IMG/VR virus record: IMGVR_UViG_3300042691_016420
Coordinates: 1-64,000 of that record
Reading direction: 5' to 3' (one strand)
Origin: a virus
DNA: 64,000 bases
The notes below the pieces were generated by a model. That model saw only the letters and a program-made list of their open reading frames with translations. It made no database searches and was not told where the DNA came from. The translations under genes were made by a program, and so were the position numbers. Positions 15,859-25,804 of the stretch are shown here, piece after piece (position 1 is the first letter of the stretch; each line of letters opens with the position of its first letter).

Positions 15859-18528
15859 TTATGTCAATCCTATTAAACCATGACCAGCTGTTGCATGTAA
15901 ATCATCTATAAGAGCTTTCATTCTTTGAGATAATATTACTACATGATCAGATATTGTTTGAACTTGAGCTTGAGTAGGCGGGTTTGAAATTGTTTGTGGT
16001 GTAAAAGTAGCAAAAGTTCCTCTATTAGCTGTTCCAGTTGCTACTGTCCATCCTGTTTTTCTAGGACCAATTACTTGTTGTAATGTTCCTGAACCATTAT
16101 TAACTAATATTGTATTATTAGTAAGTCTAATATTTTCAGTAAATTGAGTCCAAAACTCAAAAGATCCATTAGCAGCAAATAATAAATTATTAATACTTGT
16201 AGCTCTACCTATATATGTAGCATAAGATGAACCATATTGTCTAAATATCAATCTTGCACCATTAGGTAATGGAGGACTTAGAATTCCTCCAGTTACACCT
16301 TCAGTATGAACCCAAGTACCACCACCATCTAATCCTTGTAAGTTTATATACATAGGGGTATTACTTGCCTGACTTATAGATAATATACTACTAAATGATT
16401 GTACTCCAGTACTCATTAAAAAGTTGGAGGTAGTTCCAACATTTGGAATAGTATAAGTTTTAGCACCACCAGCATTAGGTGCATTAATAGTTGTAGAATT
16501 AGTAGCTCCTAAAGTTAATTGATTAGTTAGTTGAGAAATAGTTAAGGCTAATGTAAATGTTTTAGAACCTCCTATACTTTGATCTCCACTATTCATCACA
16601 AATGTACTTCCTGTTCCTACATCAGGTACAGTATATATTCTAGCAGCTGCACTAGTTCCGCTATTAATTGTTAATTGATTAATACCACTGCTTAAAATAA
16701 GTTGATTACTTGCAGTACTAATTGTAACTGCTGAAGAAAATGTTTTAGCTCCTCCAAATGTTTGAAGACCTGCTGTAACTACTCCACCAAAAGAAATACC
16801 GGCAGGTTGAAGAGTTAATGTACTTCCAGATATTGTAGCTCCATCGGCATTAGGAGTTGCTCCAATATTTGCCATTGTAGTAACACCAGTAACGGTGCCA
16901 TTAACCCAACTACCTATTCCTGCTGAAGTAAATTGCATATATTGACCATTTTGAGGTGCTGCAGTTGGAAAAACTATATTATATCCACCAGCTGCAGATG
17001 TAGCTCCAGTTCTTAAAGTTATGGTGTTAGTATTACTACTATTTCTAAATATTATTTCTCCAGTATTTCCTCCTGCTCCACTTGTACCTAAAGTTAAAGA
17101 TCCAGCAGATGTTAAGGTAAGTGTACTTAATGAGGGATTGGCACTCCATGCAGGAGCAGTATTTGTTCCAGCAGAAACTAAAACTTGTCCAAAAGCTACT
17201 GCTGAAAGTTTATCAAAAGAGCTTGTACCATTAGCATATAAGAGATCTCCTACCGCATAAGTAGAAAAACCAGTACCTCCTTTACCTACTGCAATAGTAT
17301 TTCCTTGCCAAGATCCACTATTCTTCCATAAACCAGGAGCAGTTGAATCATAATATAGATAGTGTCCAGTTAAAGGATTTAGAATTTGTACATCATGTAT
17401 CTCATCTAACTCATAACCATTCTGTATCTTAACATACATACTACCTGCATTTCCAGCATTAGCTCTTGTAATAGTAGCTACATATACCAAGTGGTTGGGT
17501 GCAGATGGTTTATCTTTAGTAAAACTACCATTAGTAGCACCTAAGTATAAAGATTGCCCATCAGCAAAACCATCAACAGGTTTTAAAATATTAAGTCCGG
17601 TTAAGAGACCTTGTATAATTATTACACCAGAGTTTCCTGCAGGTATATCAGCATAAACAACACCTATAGTTTTAGCAGAAGTAGAGTCTTGAGTATTATT
17701 TGCTAATCTAACTTCCATTCTATCTCCAGTACCACTATGGGCATATACTACTTGCCCCTTAGTTATAGTAACACCTTCACCATTAGTTACATAAGCAAAG
17801 AGAGAATTAGGTGAGGTGCCTATACACTGAAAACCATCTAAACTTGAATTAAAAATGCAAAGCATTTCTCCTCCTGCCCAAATATCCCCGCCTATTAAAG
17901 GTCCATCATTATTTTTATATAAGGTTTTAGTAGTTAAACCATTTATACTAAGATTAGAAGATCCAGTATTACCATTAGTAAATCTAACTAAGTATGTATC
18001 TCCATCAGTATATGCGGATACACCAGGGACTCCAGTTGCTGTATAAGTATTTGTACCACCAGCTGTAAACTTAGTTATTCCACCACCAGTTCCCCCTAAA
18101 ACAGTTACTAGCTGAAAGTTAGTACCATCGTAAGTAATAAGATATATTTTATTTTGCAGTATATCTCCTGCTGCAACAGTATCTGCAGCATTTTTTACAA
18201 TAGTCTTAGCACCAGCACCTGTAATATCAATAGTAGGTGCATTTCCAGTATTAGTTAAATGGAATTTAATAAGATAAGAGTCTCCTGCAGTGTAAGAACT
18301 TACTCCTGAGACAGTAGCTGTATAAGCAGTTGCAGTTCCTGAGGTAGTAGCATAATCTAATCCTCCACCACCTCCACCTACTTCAACACCACCTAAAGTT
18401 ATTCCATCACCTTTATAAATCTTTTTATTATCTGTGTCAAATAATAGTTCTCCTTCATCTGGAGTAATACCTCCACCAGTTGTAAGTCTTTGAGCTGTTG
18501 TAATCCTAGGTATCTTAAGTATTCCCAT
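15859..18528 (-). CDS. Tail fibre / receptor-binding protein
   Basis: Mtd_N-like N-terminus (PDEGELLFDTDNKKIYKGDG), G/T/S/A-rich repeats, GGTG fibre motif. Confidence 0.8.
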   Translation of the reverse strand: MGILKIPRITTAQRLTTGGGITPDEGELLFDTDNKKIYKGDGITLGGVEVGGGGGGLDYATTSGTATAYTATVSGVSSYTAGDSYLIKFHLTNTGNAPTIDITGAGAKTIVKNAADTVAAGDILQNKIYLITYDGTNFQLVTVLGGTGGGITKFTAGGTNTYTATGVPGVSAYTDGDTYLVRFTNGNTGSSNLSINGLTTKTLYKNNDGPLIGGDIWAGGEMLCIFNSSLDGFQCIGTSPNSLFAYVTNGEGVTITKGQVVYAHSGTGDRMEVRLANNTQDSTSAKTIGVVYADIPAGNSGVIIIQGLLTGLNILKPVDGFADGQSLYLGATNGSFTKDKPSAPNHLVYVATITRANAGNAGSMYVKIQNGYELDEIHDVQILNPLTGHYLYYDSTAPGLWKNSGSWQGNTIAVGKGGTGFSTYAVGDLLYANGTSSFDKLSAVAFGQVLVSAGTNTAPAWSANPSLSTLTLTSAGSLTLGTSGAGGNTGEIIFRNSSNTNTITLRTGATSAAGGYNIVFPTAAPQNGQYMQFTSAGIGSWVNGTVTGVTTMANIGATPNADGATISGSTLTLQPAGISFGGVVTAGLQTFGGAKTFSSAVTISTASNQLILSSGINQLTINSGTSAAARIYTVPDVGTGSTFVMNSGDQSIGGSKTFTLALTISQLTNQLTLGATNSTTINAPNAGGAKTYTIPNVGTTSNFLMSTGVQSFSSILSISQASNTPMYINLQGLDGGGTWVHTEGVTGGILSPPLPNGARLIFRQYGSSYATYIGRATSINNLLFAANGSFEFWTQFTENIRLTNNTILVNNGSGTLQQVIGPRKTGWTVATGTANRGTFATFTPQTISNPPTQAQVQTISDHVVILSQRMKALIDDLHATAGHGLIGLT

Positions 18529-18544
18529 TTTGTATTATTCTTTT

Positions 18545-20722
18545 TTATATTCTGCTACCCATATCTACTAATTCTAATCCATCCATTCTATATCCCATAT
18601 CTACTATAGCCCCACTTCCTCCTCCACTTCCTCCTCCAGGATTCAGTGAAGAGTTAGGACCTATGGTTAATACTTGGAAAACAGAACCATCATAAACTAC
18701 TAGATGTGTCTCATTTGTACGAATATCACCTGAAACTAAATTGCTTTGGGTTTTACTATTTACTAAGGTTTGACCATCTAATGTTGAAGCACCAGTATTA
18801 GGGTTTGTAAAATTAATAAGATATGTATCTCCTGTATTAAAGGTAGTTATAATACCTGTAATATATGTATCACTTCCTGAAGCTGTGTAATATGAGATAC
18901 CTCCGCCTATTACTTCAAGTGTCCATGTAGCAATACCTGTAGTAGCATCTGTACATATATAAGTATCTCCATTATCTAATATCCATCTACTTCCAACTAC
19001 AAATCCTTTAGTATTATCATCATCAGTAGTTGGGGTAGCTGTAAGAGTATATCTAACTTCACGAATCTCAAAACCATCTTGCTGCATGATATATAATCTA
19101 CCAGCTTCCCACTTCAACTCATACTCTACAGAACACTTTAAAGCTATACCTCCTAATGCTCCTGCATCTACAGTTCCTTTCTGAAGTTTAGCACCATTAT
19201 CAAATGTTACCTTAGCAGTATCTAAGAGAGCAATATCATTATCAGTAGTATTACCCACATCAGTTACTCCTTGTAAATTTTGAGCACCTGCTCCTCCAGG
19301 ACCTTCTGGACCAGTAACAAGAACTGTTCTAAAATCTATACTTGCATCAGGAATAATTAAAGTATCTTCACTAAAATCATTACTAGCTGAAATTGTATTA
19401 CCAGAAACATTTAATACTGTAAAGTAACCTACTCCATCAATAAAAATAATAGCTCCCTCAAGTACTCTACCTCCATTAGCTACATCAAATATCTCAGATG
19501 TTCCTGGGGCAATTGAGACAGGTCCAGTAATATTATCTGTAATAGTAATAAGTAATACACCTGCAGCACCCTGAGGGCCTTGTGGTCCTTGGGGTCCTAT
19601 TTCTCCTTGAGGTCCAGCAGGACCTTGTATACCCTGCGCTCCTATGTTAGCAAGTAGAGCCCAGTTTACTGTATCTACAGTAGGATCATTAGGAGATGGT
19701 CCTACAGGGTTTACACAGAAATAAGAAGCTCCTCCAAAACCTACAGCATCATTAGCATCATAAACTACATCAGGGCTCCACTCTCCTCTCCATATTAAAC
19801 CTGCTGGTCCAATAGCTCCAGGAACTCCTTGTGGACCAGGAGGTCCTTGTGCTCCATCAGGACCAATAGGACCCTGATCACCTTGAGCACCTTTAGAGGT
19901 TAATAGTCCCCAGTTAGGACTTATATCTGGAGTAGGACTACCTACATCATCAGTTCCTGCAAATATTCTCACATAAGAAGAACCTTGATAATATACTACA
20001 TCCCCTTCAGCATAAGTATAAGGTAAACCTAAGACTTCCCAATCTCCTACATAGTTAAGACCATTAATAGTAATACCGTCTCCAGGATCTCCTTTTAAGG
20101 AATCTATAAAGTCTTGTTCAGTACCTACATTACCTAAATCTAACCATATCTCATAAGCAGATTTACCTTGGTTACCAGTTAGTTTTATATAACCTCCAGC
20201 ACCAGCATTAGCAGTAGGATCCCAGTAATATGAGAAATCAGTATCATTAGCTATATATATAACATTCTCTACTCCTATAAGTGGAAAGTAATCTACTCCA
20301 GGAACATCTGAAGGTCCTCCAGAAAGATACTTAGGATAAATTTCTACAGAACCTGCACCACTTCCAGTTGGAACATAAGCTGGTGGATCAAGACTTGTAT
20401 CCCAATAATAAGATGTACTAGTAGATTTGTCTACATATATAACATCTAAATCTCCTGTAGGTGGAAAATCTGCAAAAGTATTAAGTACTACAACACTATT
20501 GTTTCCTGTAAATGGTACTAAATCTGTAGTATTATTTTTATACCAATATAATCTAGCTCCTAATGGAGAATTAGGATCAGCAATTATAGCAAATAAACCT
20601 TGTGCCCTATAGTTTTCTCCTACAAAATCTTTAGCAGCTTGAGTAGTTGGAAAAGGACCTTCTCTAGTATCTAGTAGAAAGGGGGTATTTGGTTCTAGAT
20701 TTTCGGTTAAAGGTATTGCCAT
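18545..20722 (-). CDS. Collagen-repeat tail fibre protein
   Basis: Gly-X-Y runs (GAQGDQGPIGPDGAQGPPGPQG), GKSAYEIW motif, CBM-like W..Y...D.V.Y.G..Y modules. Confidence 0.8.
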   Translation of the reverse strand: MAIPLTENLEPNTPFLLDTREGPFPTTQAAKDFVGENYRAQGLFAIIADPNSPLGARLYWYKNNTTDLVPFTGNNSVVVLNTFADFPPTGDLDVIYVDKSTSTSYYWDTSLDPPAYVPTGSGAGSVEIYPKYLSGGPSDVPGVDYFPLIGVENVIYIANDTDFSYYWDPTANAGAGGYIKLTGNQGKSAYEIWLDLGNVGTEQDFIDSLKGDPGDGITINGLNYVGDWEVLGLPYTYAEGDVVYYQGSSYVRIFAGTDDVGSPTPDISPNWGLLTSKGAQGDQGPIGPDGAQGPPGPQGVPGAIGPAGLIWRGEWSPDVVYDANDAVGFGGASYFCVNPVGPSPNDPTVDTVNWALLANIGAQGIQGPAGPQGEIGPQGPQGPQGAAGVLLITITDNITGPVSIAPGTSEIFDVANGGRVLEGAIIFIDGVGYFTVLNVSGNTISASNDFSEDTLIIPDASIDFRTVLVTGPEGPGGAGAQNLQGVTDVGNTTDNDIALLDTAKVTFDNGAKLQKGTVDAGALGGIALKCSVEYELKWEAGRLYIMQQDGFEIREVRYTLTATPTTDDDNTKGFVVGSRWILDNGDTYICTDATTGIATWTLEVIGGGISYYTASGSDTYITGIITTFNTGDTYLINFTNPNTGASTLDGQTLVNSKTQSNLVSGDIRTNETHLVVYDGSVFQVLTIGPNSSLNPGGGSGGGSGAIVDMGYRMDGLELVDMGSRI

Positions 20723-20731
20723 AATATTTAT

Positions 20732-21898
20732 TTACGAAAACTTAAGCCAAAATGAATTATTTAAAGAATCAATAGTTGTTGTAGCAAAATTTCCTATATA
20801 AACTTTAAATTCAACATTTGGCCAATTAGTTGTACTAAAGTTTTGAGTTGCAATTGTAGGAAATAATGCTGAAGGAGAACCTGTTCCAATTGGTGCAGGA
20901 TTAGAAAAATTTTGAGTTATATATGAAACTTTATTAGAACCTGTATGTGCAAACCATAACCACTTTCCAACTCTTGGAGAATTAAAATATACCTCCTCAC
21001 TTGAGGTAAATTTTCTTAATACTTTATTTATAGATGGTCCATCAGCAGTATAATTATTAACCAGTGTAGCTATATCTGCAGCAGTAGGTTTAGTATCTAA
21101 GTATCCATAATAATATGGATATATACCTTCTACAGTTAGAGAATTAGATTCAAAATTACTATCTCCTGCTTGAGGATTAGTAGTTATTCTTTTTAAGAAA
21201 GGTCTTGGATCATCAACACCCTCACTATTCTTCTTAGGTAATCCAGGATCATAATTTCCTTTACCTATCCAAGTAATTACTCCAGGAGTTATTTGAAAAG
21301 TATTAGTATAAGTTAGTACATACTTTTGGTTAGGAATATTAGGATTAGGATAATCAGAACCTTGTGGTTGATTTGCTTGTGGAGATCCTGTAGGATTATT
21401 TACTGTTGAGATTTGTATATTATCCTTAAATAAACTTAAGCTAGTATAAGGTCCAGCATCATTCTTTATACCTGTTAAGGTAAGATTATTAGTTTGAGTA
21501 GTACCAACTTCATATATAGGACCAGGAAGAGTTCCTGCTAATGATAATGTTGGAATAGTATATGTTGCATCAGATGGAGGAAATAGTATATCATCAAGTA
21601 CTTGTACTATTGTCTTAGTCTTCCATATGGAAGCATCTTTACTATTTAATTTATTAATTTGCTGAGACTTAAGGCCATCAGGAATTAAGGTGTTATACTT
21701 AGTTCTTAATTCATTTATAAGATTAAATTCCAAACCTGCATTAGGTTCTAATGCAATAGTAGTAAATACAGAACCTTCCTTAAATAAGTCACTAAATATC
21801 TGATAGAGAGTTTTACCCTCAAAATTATATCCTGCAGGTATACCTCCTAAGGCATTCTGTGCTATAAGATTCTCAAAAAATAACTGCTTACTCTTCAT
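20732..21898 (-). CDS. Putative tail/structural protein
   Basis: Beta-rich, YPYYYG motif, tail cluster. Confidence 0.5.
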   Translation of the reverse strand: MKSKQLFFENLIAQNALGGIPAGYNFEGKTLYQIFSDLFKEGSVFTTIALEPNAGLEFNLINELRTKYNTLIPDGLKSQQINKLNSKDASIWKTKTIVQVLDDILFPPSDATYTIPTLSLAGTLPGPIYEVGTTQTNNLTLTGIKNDAGPYTSLSLFKDNIQISTVNNPTGSPQANQPQGSDYPNPNIPNQKYVLTYTNTFQITPGVITWIGKGNYDPGLPKKNSEGVDDPRPFLKRITTNPQAGDSNFESNSLTVEGIYPYYYGYLDTKPTAADIATLVNNYTADGPSINKVLRKFTSSEEVYFNSPRVGKWLWFAHTGSNKVSYITQNFSNPAPIGTGSPSALFPTIATQNFSTTNWPNVEFKVYIGNFATTTIDSLNNSFWLKFS

Positions 21899-22790
21899 AC
21901 CAATATGTGATTATTACAGTGTCATTATCCTCAATATTATATCCAAATAGCTGAGAAGGTGAGTATGTTACTGAGTTAGCATTGTAATCAGTATATCCTG
22001 TATAATCTACACCATTGATAGTAAAAGCAGAGAAGTACTTAATAATCTTAGTTGGTAAAAATGAAGTTTGAGAAGAAGAAAGAGGTTTGATAGATTGATT
22101 TCTATCAGGAGTAACTGGTTGCAATGTATAAATATCTGTCCACTGTTTCATCTCTTTCTGCTTATCTTCATCAGGAGGATTGATTACTTTATCCATCATA
22201 AAGTAATTAGGCCACTCATCATCTATAACAGTATACGAATTAAGGTTAAATAGGGCTACTATAGGTTTGATATTCAGATTACACTCTCTAAAGTTAGAGA
22301 TAACATCATATATCTGATAGGTTGTCCAGTAGTAATCTGCAGTTCTAGCTAATCCTGAACGAGAATCATAATCCTTCTGGAGCCAAATAGATGAGAGATA
22401 ATCTATAAGTATCCTCATCATTCCAGTCTTAATATATCCTCCTTGAGATACTTTACCATAACTCTCACTGTATATAGAACTTTTTAAGAGCTCCTCAATC
22501 TCTTTGTGATATAGTTTAACAGCTAAGTCTCTTATATAATCTAACTGAGTAGGATATCTACATGTCTGCTCTAGAGGATCAATTTTATCATAATCCTCTG
22601 TAAATAAATACTTACTTAGAAGTGATGAGGTAAGGACATAAGCAGCTTTCTTCTTAAAATCCTCAGTAATTATATAACCTTCTTTATATTTAAAAGTAAA
22701 GAAATAGGCATGTATCTTCTTAAAATCTTCTGTCTTAAGATAGAGATTATAACTTTTAGGTGTTATAAGATATACACTAGAAAGAGACAT
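21888..22790 (-). CDS. Putative tail-associated protein
   Basis: 300 aa in tail cluster. Confidence 0.45.
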   Translation of the reverse strand: MSLSSVYLITPKSYNLYLKTEDFKKIHAYFFTFKYKEGYIITEDFKKKAAYVLTSSLLSKYLFTEDYDKIDPLEQTCRYPTQLDYIRDLAVKLYHKEIEELLKSSIYSESYGKVSQGGYIKTGMMRILIDYLSSIWLQKDYDSRSGLARTADYYWTTYQIYDVISNFRECNLNIKPIVALFNLNSYTVIDDEWPNYFMMDKVINPPDEDKQKEMKQWTDIYTLQPVTPDRNQSIKPLSSSQTSFLPTKIIKYFSAFTINGVDYTGYTDYNANSVTYSPSQLFGYNIEDNDTVIITYWYEE

Positions 22791-22808
22791 GTACTTCTAT
22801 TCTTTTAT

Positions 22809-24098
22809 TTAAATAAATCCAGTTGAAGCCCAAGTATAAAGTTGAGTATTATTTGCTGCAGGAATACTAGTTACAGATGGAAGTCTCTCACTAATCTCAA
22901 TTACATAAGTAGTATTCTTATCAAGTTTTGTAGGATCTTCAGAATAAGGGTTTACAAAATAAGCTATCCAGTAAGGAGCTTGCTGATTATTTGAAAAGAA
23001 AGAGTTTGGTAACTGAGAGCTATTAGCACTTCTATTATAGTAGAAAGTATTAGTTCTCTTGATTGAGCATGGGATAAGTTCTTCCTCATCCTGAGTAGTC
23101 TCATCAGATTTAAAACGGTTAGAGATTCTCTTTACTCTAAGCAAATCATTGAATGCAAAACCTGTATTCTTATTTACAATTTTATCATCAGAGGTTCCAT
23201 TACTTGTAGGATCTAAGCAAGGATAAACTGATCTTGTATTAGTAGGATCTCTCTCAACACCAATCAGAATATAAAACCCTTCATTAATATCTGTTTTTAA
23301 ACCCTTACCATTCCAAGAGTTTCTATAGTAATAGATGTCTTGAGGAATTGGAAATGTATCAGTAGATGTTGCAGTTCCAGTTCCAGTAGATGCAACTTCA
23401 TCAAGAGTATTTAAGATTGTAAAAGATCCAGGAGCTACACTATCTATAATTCCAGTAATATTATAACCAGATGGTGTTAGTCCTGCAACAGTTATTTCAG
23501 TTCCTGCAACAAAAGAATGACCTGCCGCTGTGTACTCAATAGTAGTTCCATCAGAAGTTGCAGCTGTTACAGTTGCTGTTAAAGCACTCTCATCAAAAGC
23601 AACTACAATATTTTTCTCAAACTGATAGAGAGCACCAGTAAGAAATTCTGGATCTGCACCAGTATAAACTTTCTTAATTTTTCCACCAAGACCTAAGTTA
23701 TTAGGATCTTCTCCCCAGAAAATATAATCTCCTACTGCTAAAGGAGTACTAGGTTCTTCATATGTAGTAGTAACAGCATATTCAGTTCCTGTTACATATA
23801 GTTTATCACCGTAAATAATTGCTGTACCTGAAGATTCTGGAGACCTGTTATATCCCAAAGAATTACTTTCATCTACACCCATAGCATGTAAAAGGTTTCT
23901 CTTAAGTATTGCAGAGTTACCAGTATCAGCATTCCATCCTGAGTTAGTTAAGAGATTTTCTGGTGGATATGTATCTTTAAACTCCTTACCTCTAGACACT
24001 ATTTCTGGTGTAGGTATAGAAGGATCCCCAAAAAGATTTCTGGTTTCTTCAGTATTCTTGAAAATAAGAATCTTAGTAAATTCTTTTAATTCTGACAT
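22809..24098 (-). CDS. Structural protein, paralog of 24138-25037 with inserted beta domain
   Basis: Shared blocks (KRIS, VNP[YF], KNT.Y) with neighbour. Confidence 0.55.
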   Translation of the reverse strand: MSELKEFTKILIFKNTEETRNLFGDPSIPTPEIVSRGKEFKDTYPPENLLTNSGWNADTGNSAILKRNLLHAMGVDESNSLGYNRSPESSGTAIIYGDKLYVTGTEYAVTTTYEEPSTPLAVGDYIFWGEDPNNLGLGGKIKKVYTGADPEFLTGALYQFEKNIVVAFDESALTATVTAATSDGTTIEYTAAGHSFVAGTEITVAGLTPSGYNITGIIDSVAPGSFTILNTLDEVASTGTGTATSTDTFPIPQDIYYYRNSWNGKGLKTDINEGFYILIGVERDPTNTRSVYPCLDPTSNGTSDDKIVNKNTGFAFNDLLRVKRISNRFKSDETTQDEEELIPCSIKRTNTFYYNRSANSSQLPNSFFSNNQQAPYWIAYFVNPYSEDPTKLDKNTTYVIEISERLPSVTSIPAANNTQLYTWASTGFI

Positions 24099-24137
24099 TT
24101 TATTTTATTTAAGTTATACTTATATACGATTTTAATA

Positions 24138-25037
24138 TTATGGTTCCCCACCTCCTTCAGTGGCTATTGGAAACTTTTGAGCAGGCATTTCCTCAAGAGG
24201 AATATCTACTCTATAAAAAGTATTTTTATTAAATTGATTACTAGTATTTCCAAAAGGATTAACCTCATATACTGACCAAATAGGAAATTTATCAGCATTA
24301 AGTTCTGTAAGAGGAAATAATGAAGTTTCACTATAAGTAGATACACCTTTTATAGTACATGTAAGATCTTCTACAGTATCAGGTTCATCACCAACATTTA
24401 CTTTAGATATTCTTTGTAGCTTAAAGTATGTAGGGTTAGCAGTTCTATTAGGCCCATATGCAAATACATTAGATGTTGGAGTAGTTACTGTTGTATCAAT
24501 ATTTAATACTCCATTATAGTTACCATCATCATCATAGTCTGCATTTTTTACAACCATGTAAAAATTAGCATTTATTGGAAATCCAATACTAACTGAAGAT
24601 TTAGGAAAACGATAAACAGTTTTTACACTAAATGCAGTTACTGATATAGGAGAGTTTTTATATAAAGTTAAACTATCACCATCTAATCCAACTGAATCAA
24701 CAATACCTAATAGTTTAAGATCTCCTATATCTTCTGTAGTTTCTCTATACAAAATGTAGTCTCCATTTTGTACATCTCCAAATATTTCTAAAGCAGAACT
24801 TATAGTCTTTGATGTAGTACTAGCACTATTTATATTACCAAGAGAAGTAGGTGTAAAAATCTCATAATTATTAGATAAGGTATTAAGATTAATAGGAGTA
24901 ATATTATCAAAATCTTGATTAGGATATTGATTTACTCCACTAAAAGATCCTGTAAATGGTGTAGTTACAAAGGCTGCTGTAGTCTCAGGAGTTTTTAAAA
25001 AAAACCTTATATCAGTAAAGTTTTTGATTGCAGGCAT
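24138..25037 (-). CDS. Structural protein, paralog of 22809-24098
   Basis: Colinear similarity with neighbour. Confidence 0.55.
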   Translation of the reverse strand: MPAIKNFTDIRFFLKTPETTAAFVTTPFTGSFSGVNQYPNQDFDNITPINLNTLSNNYEIFTPTSLGNINSASTTSKTISSALEIFGDVQNGDYILYRETTEDIGDLKLLGIVDSVGLDGDSLTLYKNSPISVTAFSVKTVYRFPKSSVSIGFPINANFYMVVKNADYDDDGNYNGVLNIDTTVTTPTSNVFAYGPNRTANPTYFKLQRISKVNVGDEPDTVEDLTCTIKGVSTYSETSLFPLTELNADKFPIWSVYEVNPFGNTSNQFNKNTFYRVDIPLEEMPAQKFPIATEGGGEP

Positions 25038-25804
25038 AAGTTTCTTATTCTATTATTTAGTAATGCAATATTTATAAGAGTATCTTTCTTAGAAAGAATT
25101 TTTTTAGTAGGTCCTAAATGATAGTAATCACAAGAATCAACTAGAAACTTATACGAGTAATTATAGTATTCGCAGATTTGTTTAAGAGAAGCTTGTTCTA
25201 TGAAGACCATATACTCCCAGTTATTCTTACTAATACCAGAATTATTCCTCATAAAGTTTAAAGCATTCTTACAATATATATCCTTAAGTTCTTGAGAATT
25301 AAAGAGTAAGGTACTAGCATTCAATCCATGTAAACTAAATTTAGTAAAGTTTGGAAACTTATAATTATCTGGTATTTCTATAACAGGAAACTGATATCTT
25401 TTCTTATCTTTATCTAAGGGGATATCATCATGAGCAGCAATCAAATCTACATCCTCATGAAGGATAGGAGTTCCCTTAAATACTGCATCTACATCCAGAT
25501 GCCACTCTCCTATAGGTTGTTTATCATATACCTTAATCTTGTGGTAAGCCCAAAAAGTTTTAAAGTTAATAGAGGGTTCTTCCTCAAGAGGTATAAACTT
25601 ATCAGGGATTATTCCTATACTACAACAGAGATCTTTAAATCTCTCATTGCAATGTATATTTACCTTAAAACCATGCTTTATGGTAGAAGATAGAAAGGAA
25701 TACTTAAATACAAGTTTCTCTAATTTAGAGAACTCTCTATCCTCTGCCAGATAATAAGTATAATTAACAGTTACATTTTTTGGTAGTGTCTCCACAATCA
25801 TCAC
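25007..25804 (-). CDS. GT-A-like (DUF6734-like) putative glycosyltransferase
   Basis: FWAYHKIKVY, HLDVDAV (DxD), NAS, FIEQ, YYHL. Confidence 0.55.
   Translation of the reverse strand: MMIVETLPKNVTVNYTYYLAEDREFSKLEKLVFKYSFLSSTIKHGFKVNIHCNERFKDLCCSIGIIPDKFIPLEEEPSINFKTFWAYHKIKVYDKQPIGEWHLDVDAVFKGTPILHEDVDLIAAHDDIPLDKDKKRYQFPVIEIPDNYKFPNFTKFSLHGLNASTLLFNSQELKDIYCKNALNFMRNNSGISKNNWEYMVFIEQASLKQICEYYNYSYKFLVDSCDYYHLGPTKKILSKKDTLINIALLNNRIRNLCLQSKTLLI

Noticed and set aside
19555-19895. Repetitive GC-richer DNA as CRISPR or tandem repeat element
   Set aside because: Explained by collagen Gly-X-Y codons; no fixed repeat-spacer pattern
15859-20722. Diversity-generating retroelement targeting the Mtd_N-like fibre
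   Set aside because: No reverse transcriptase and no near-identical TR/VR pair seen in the window
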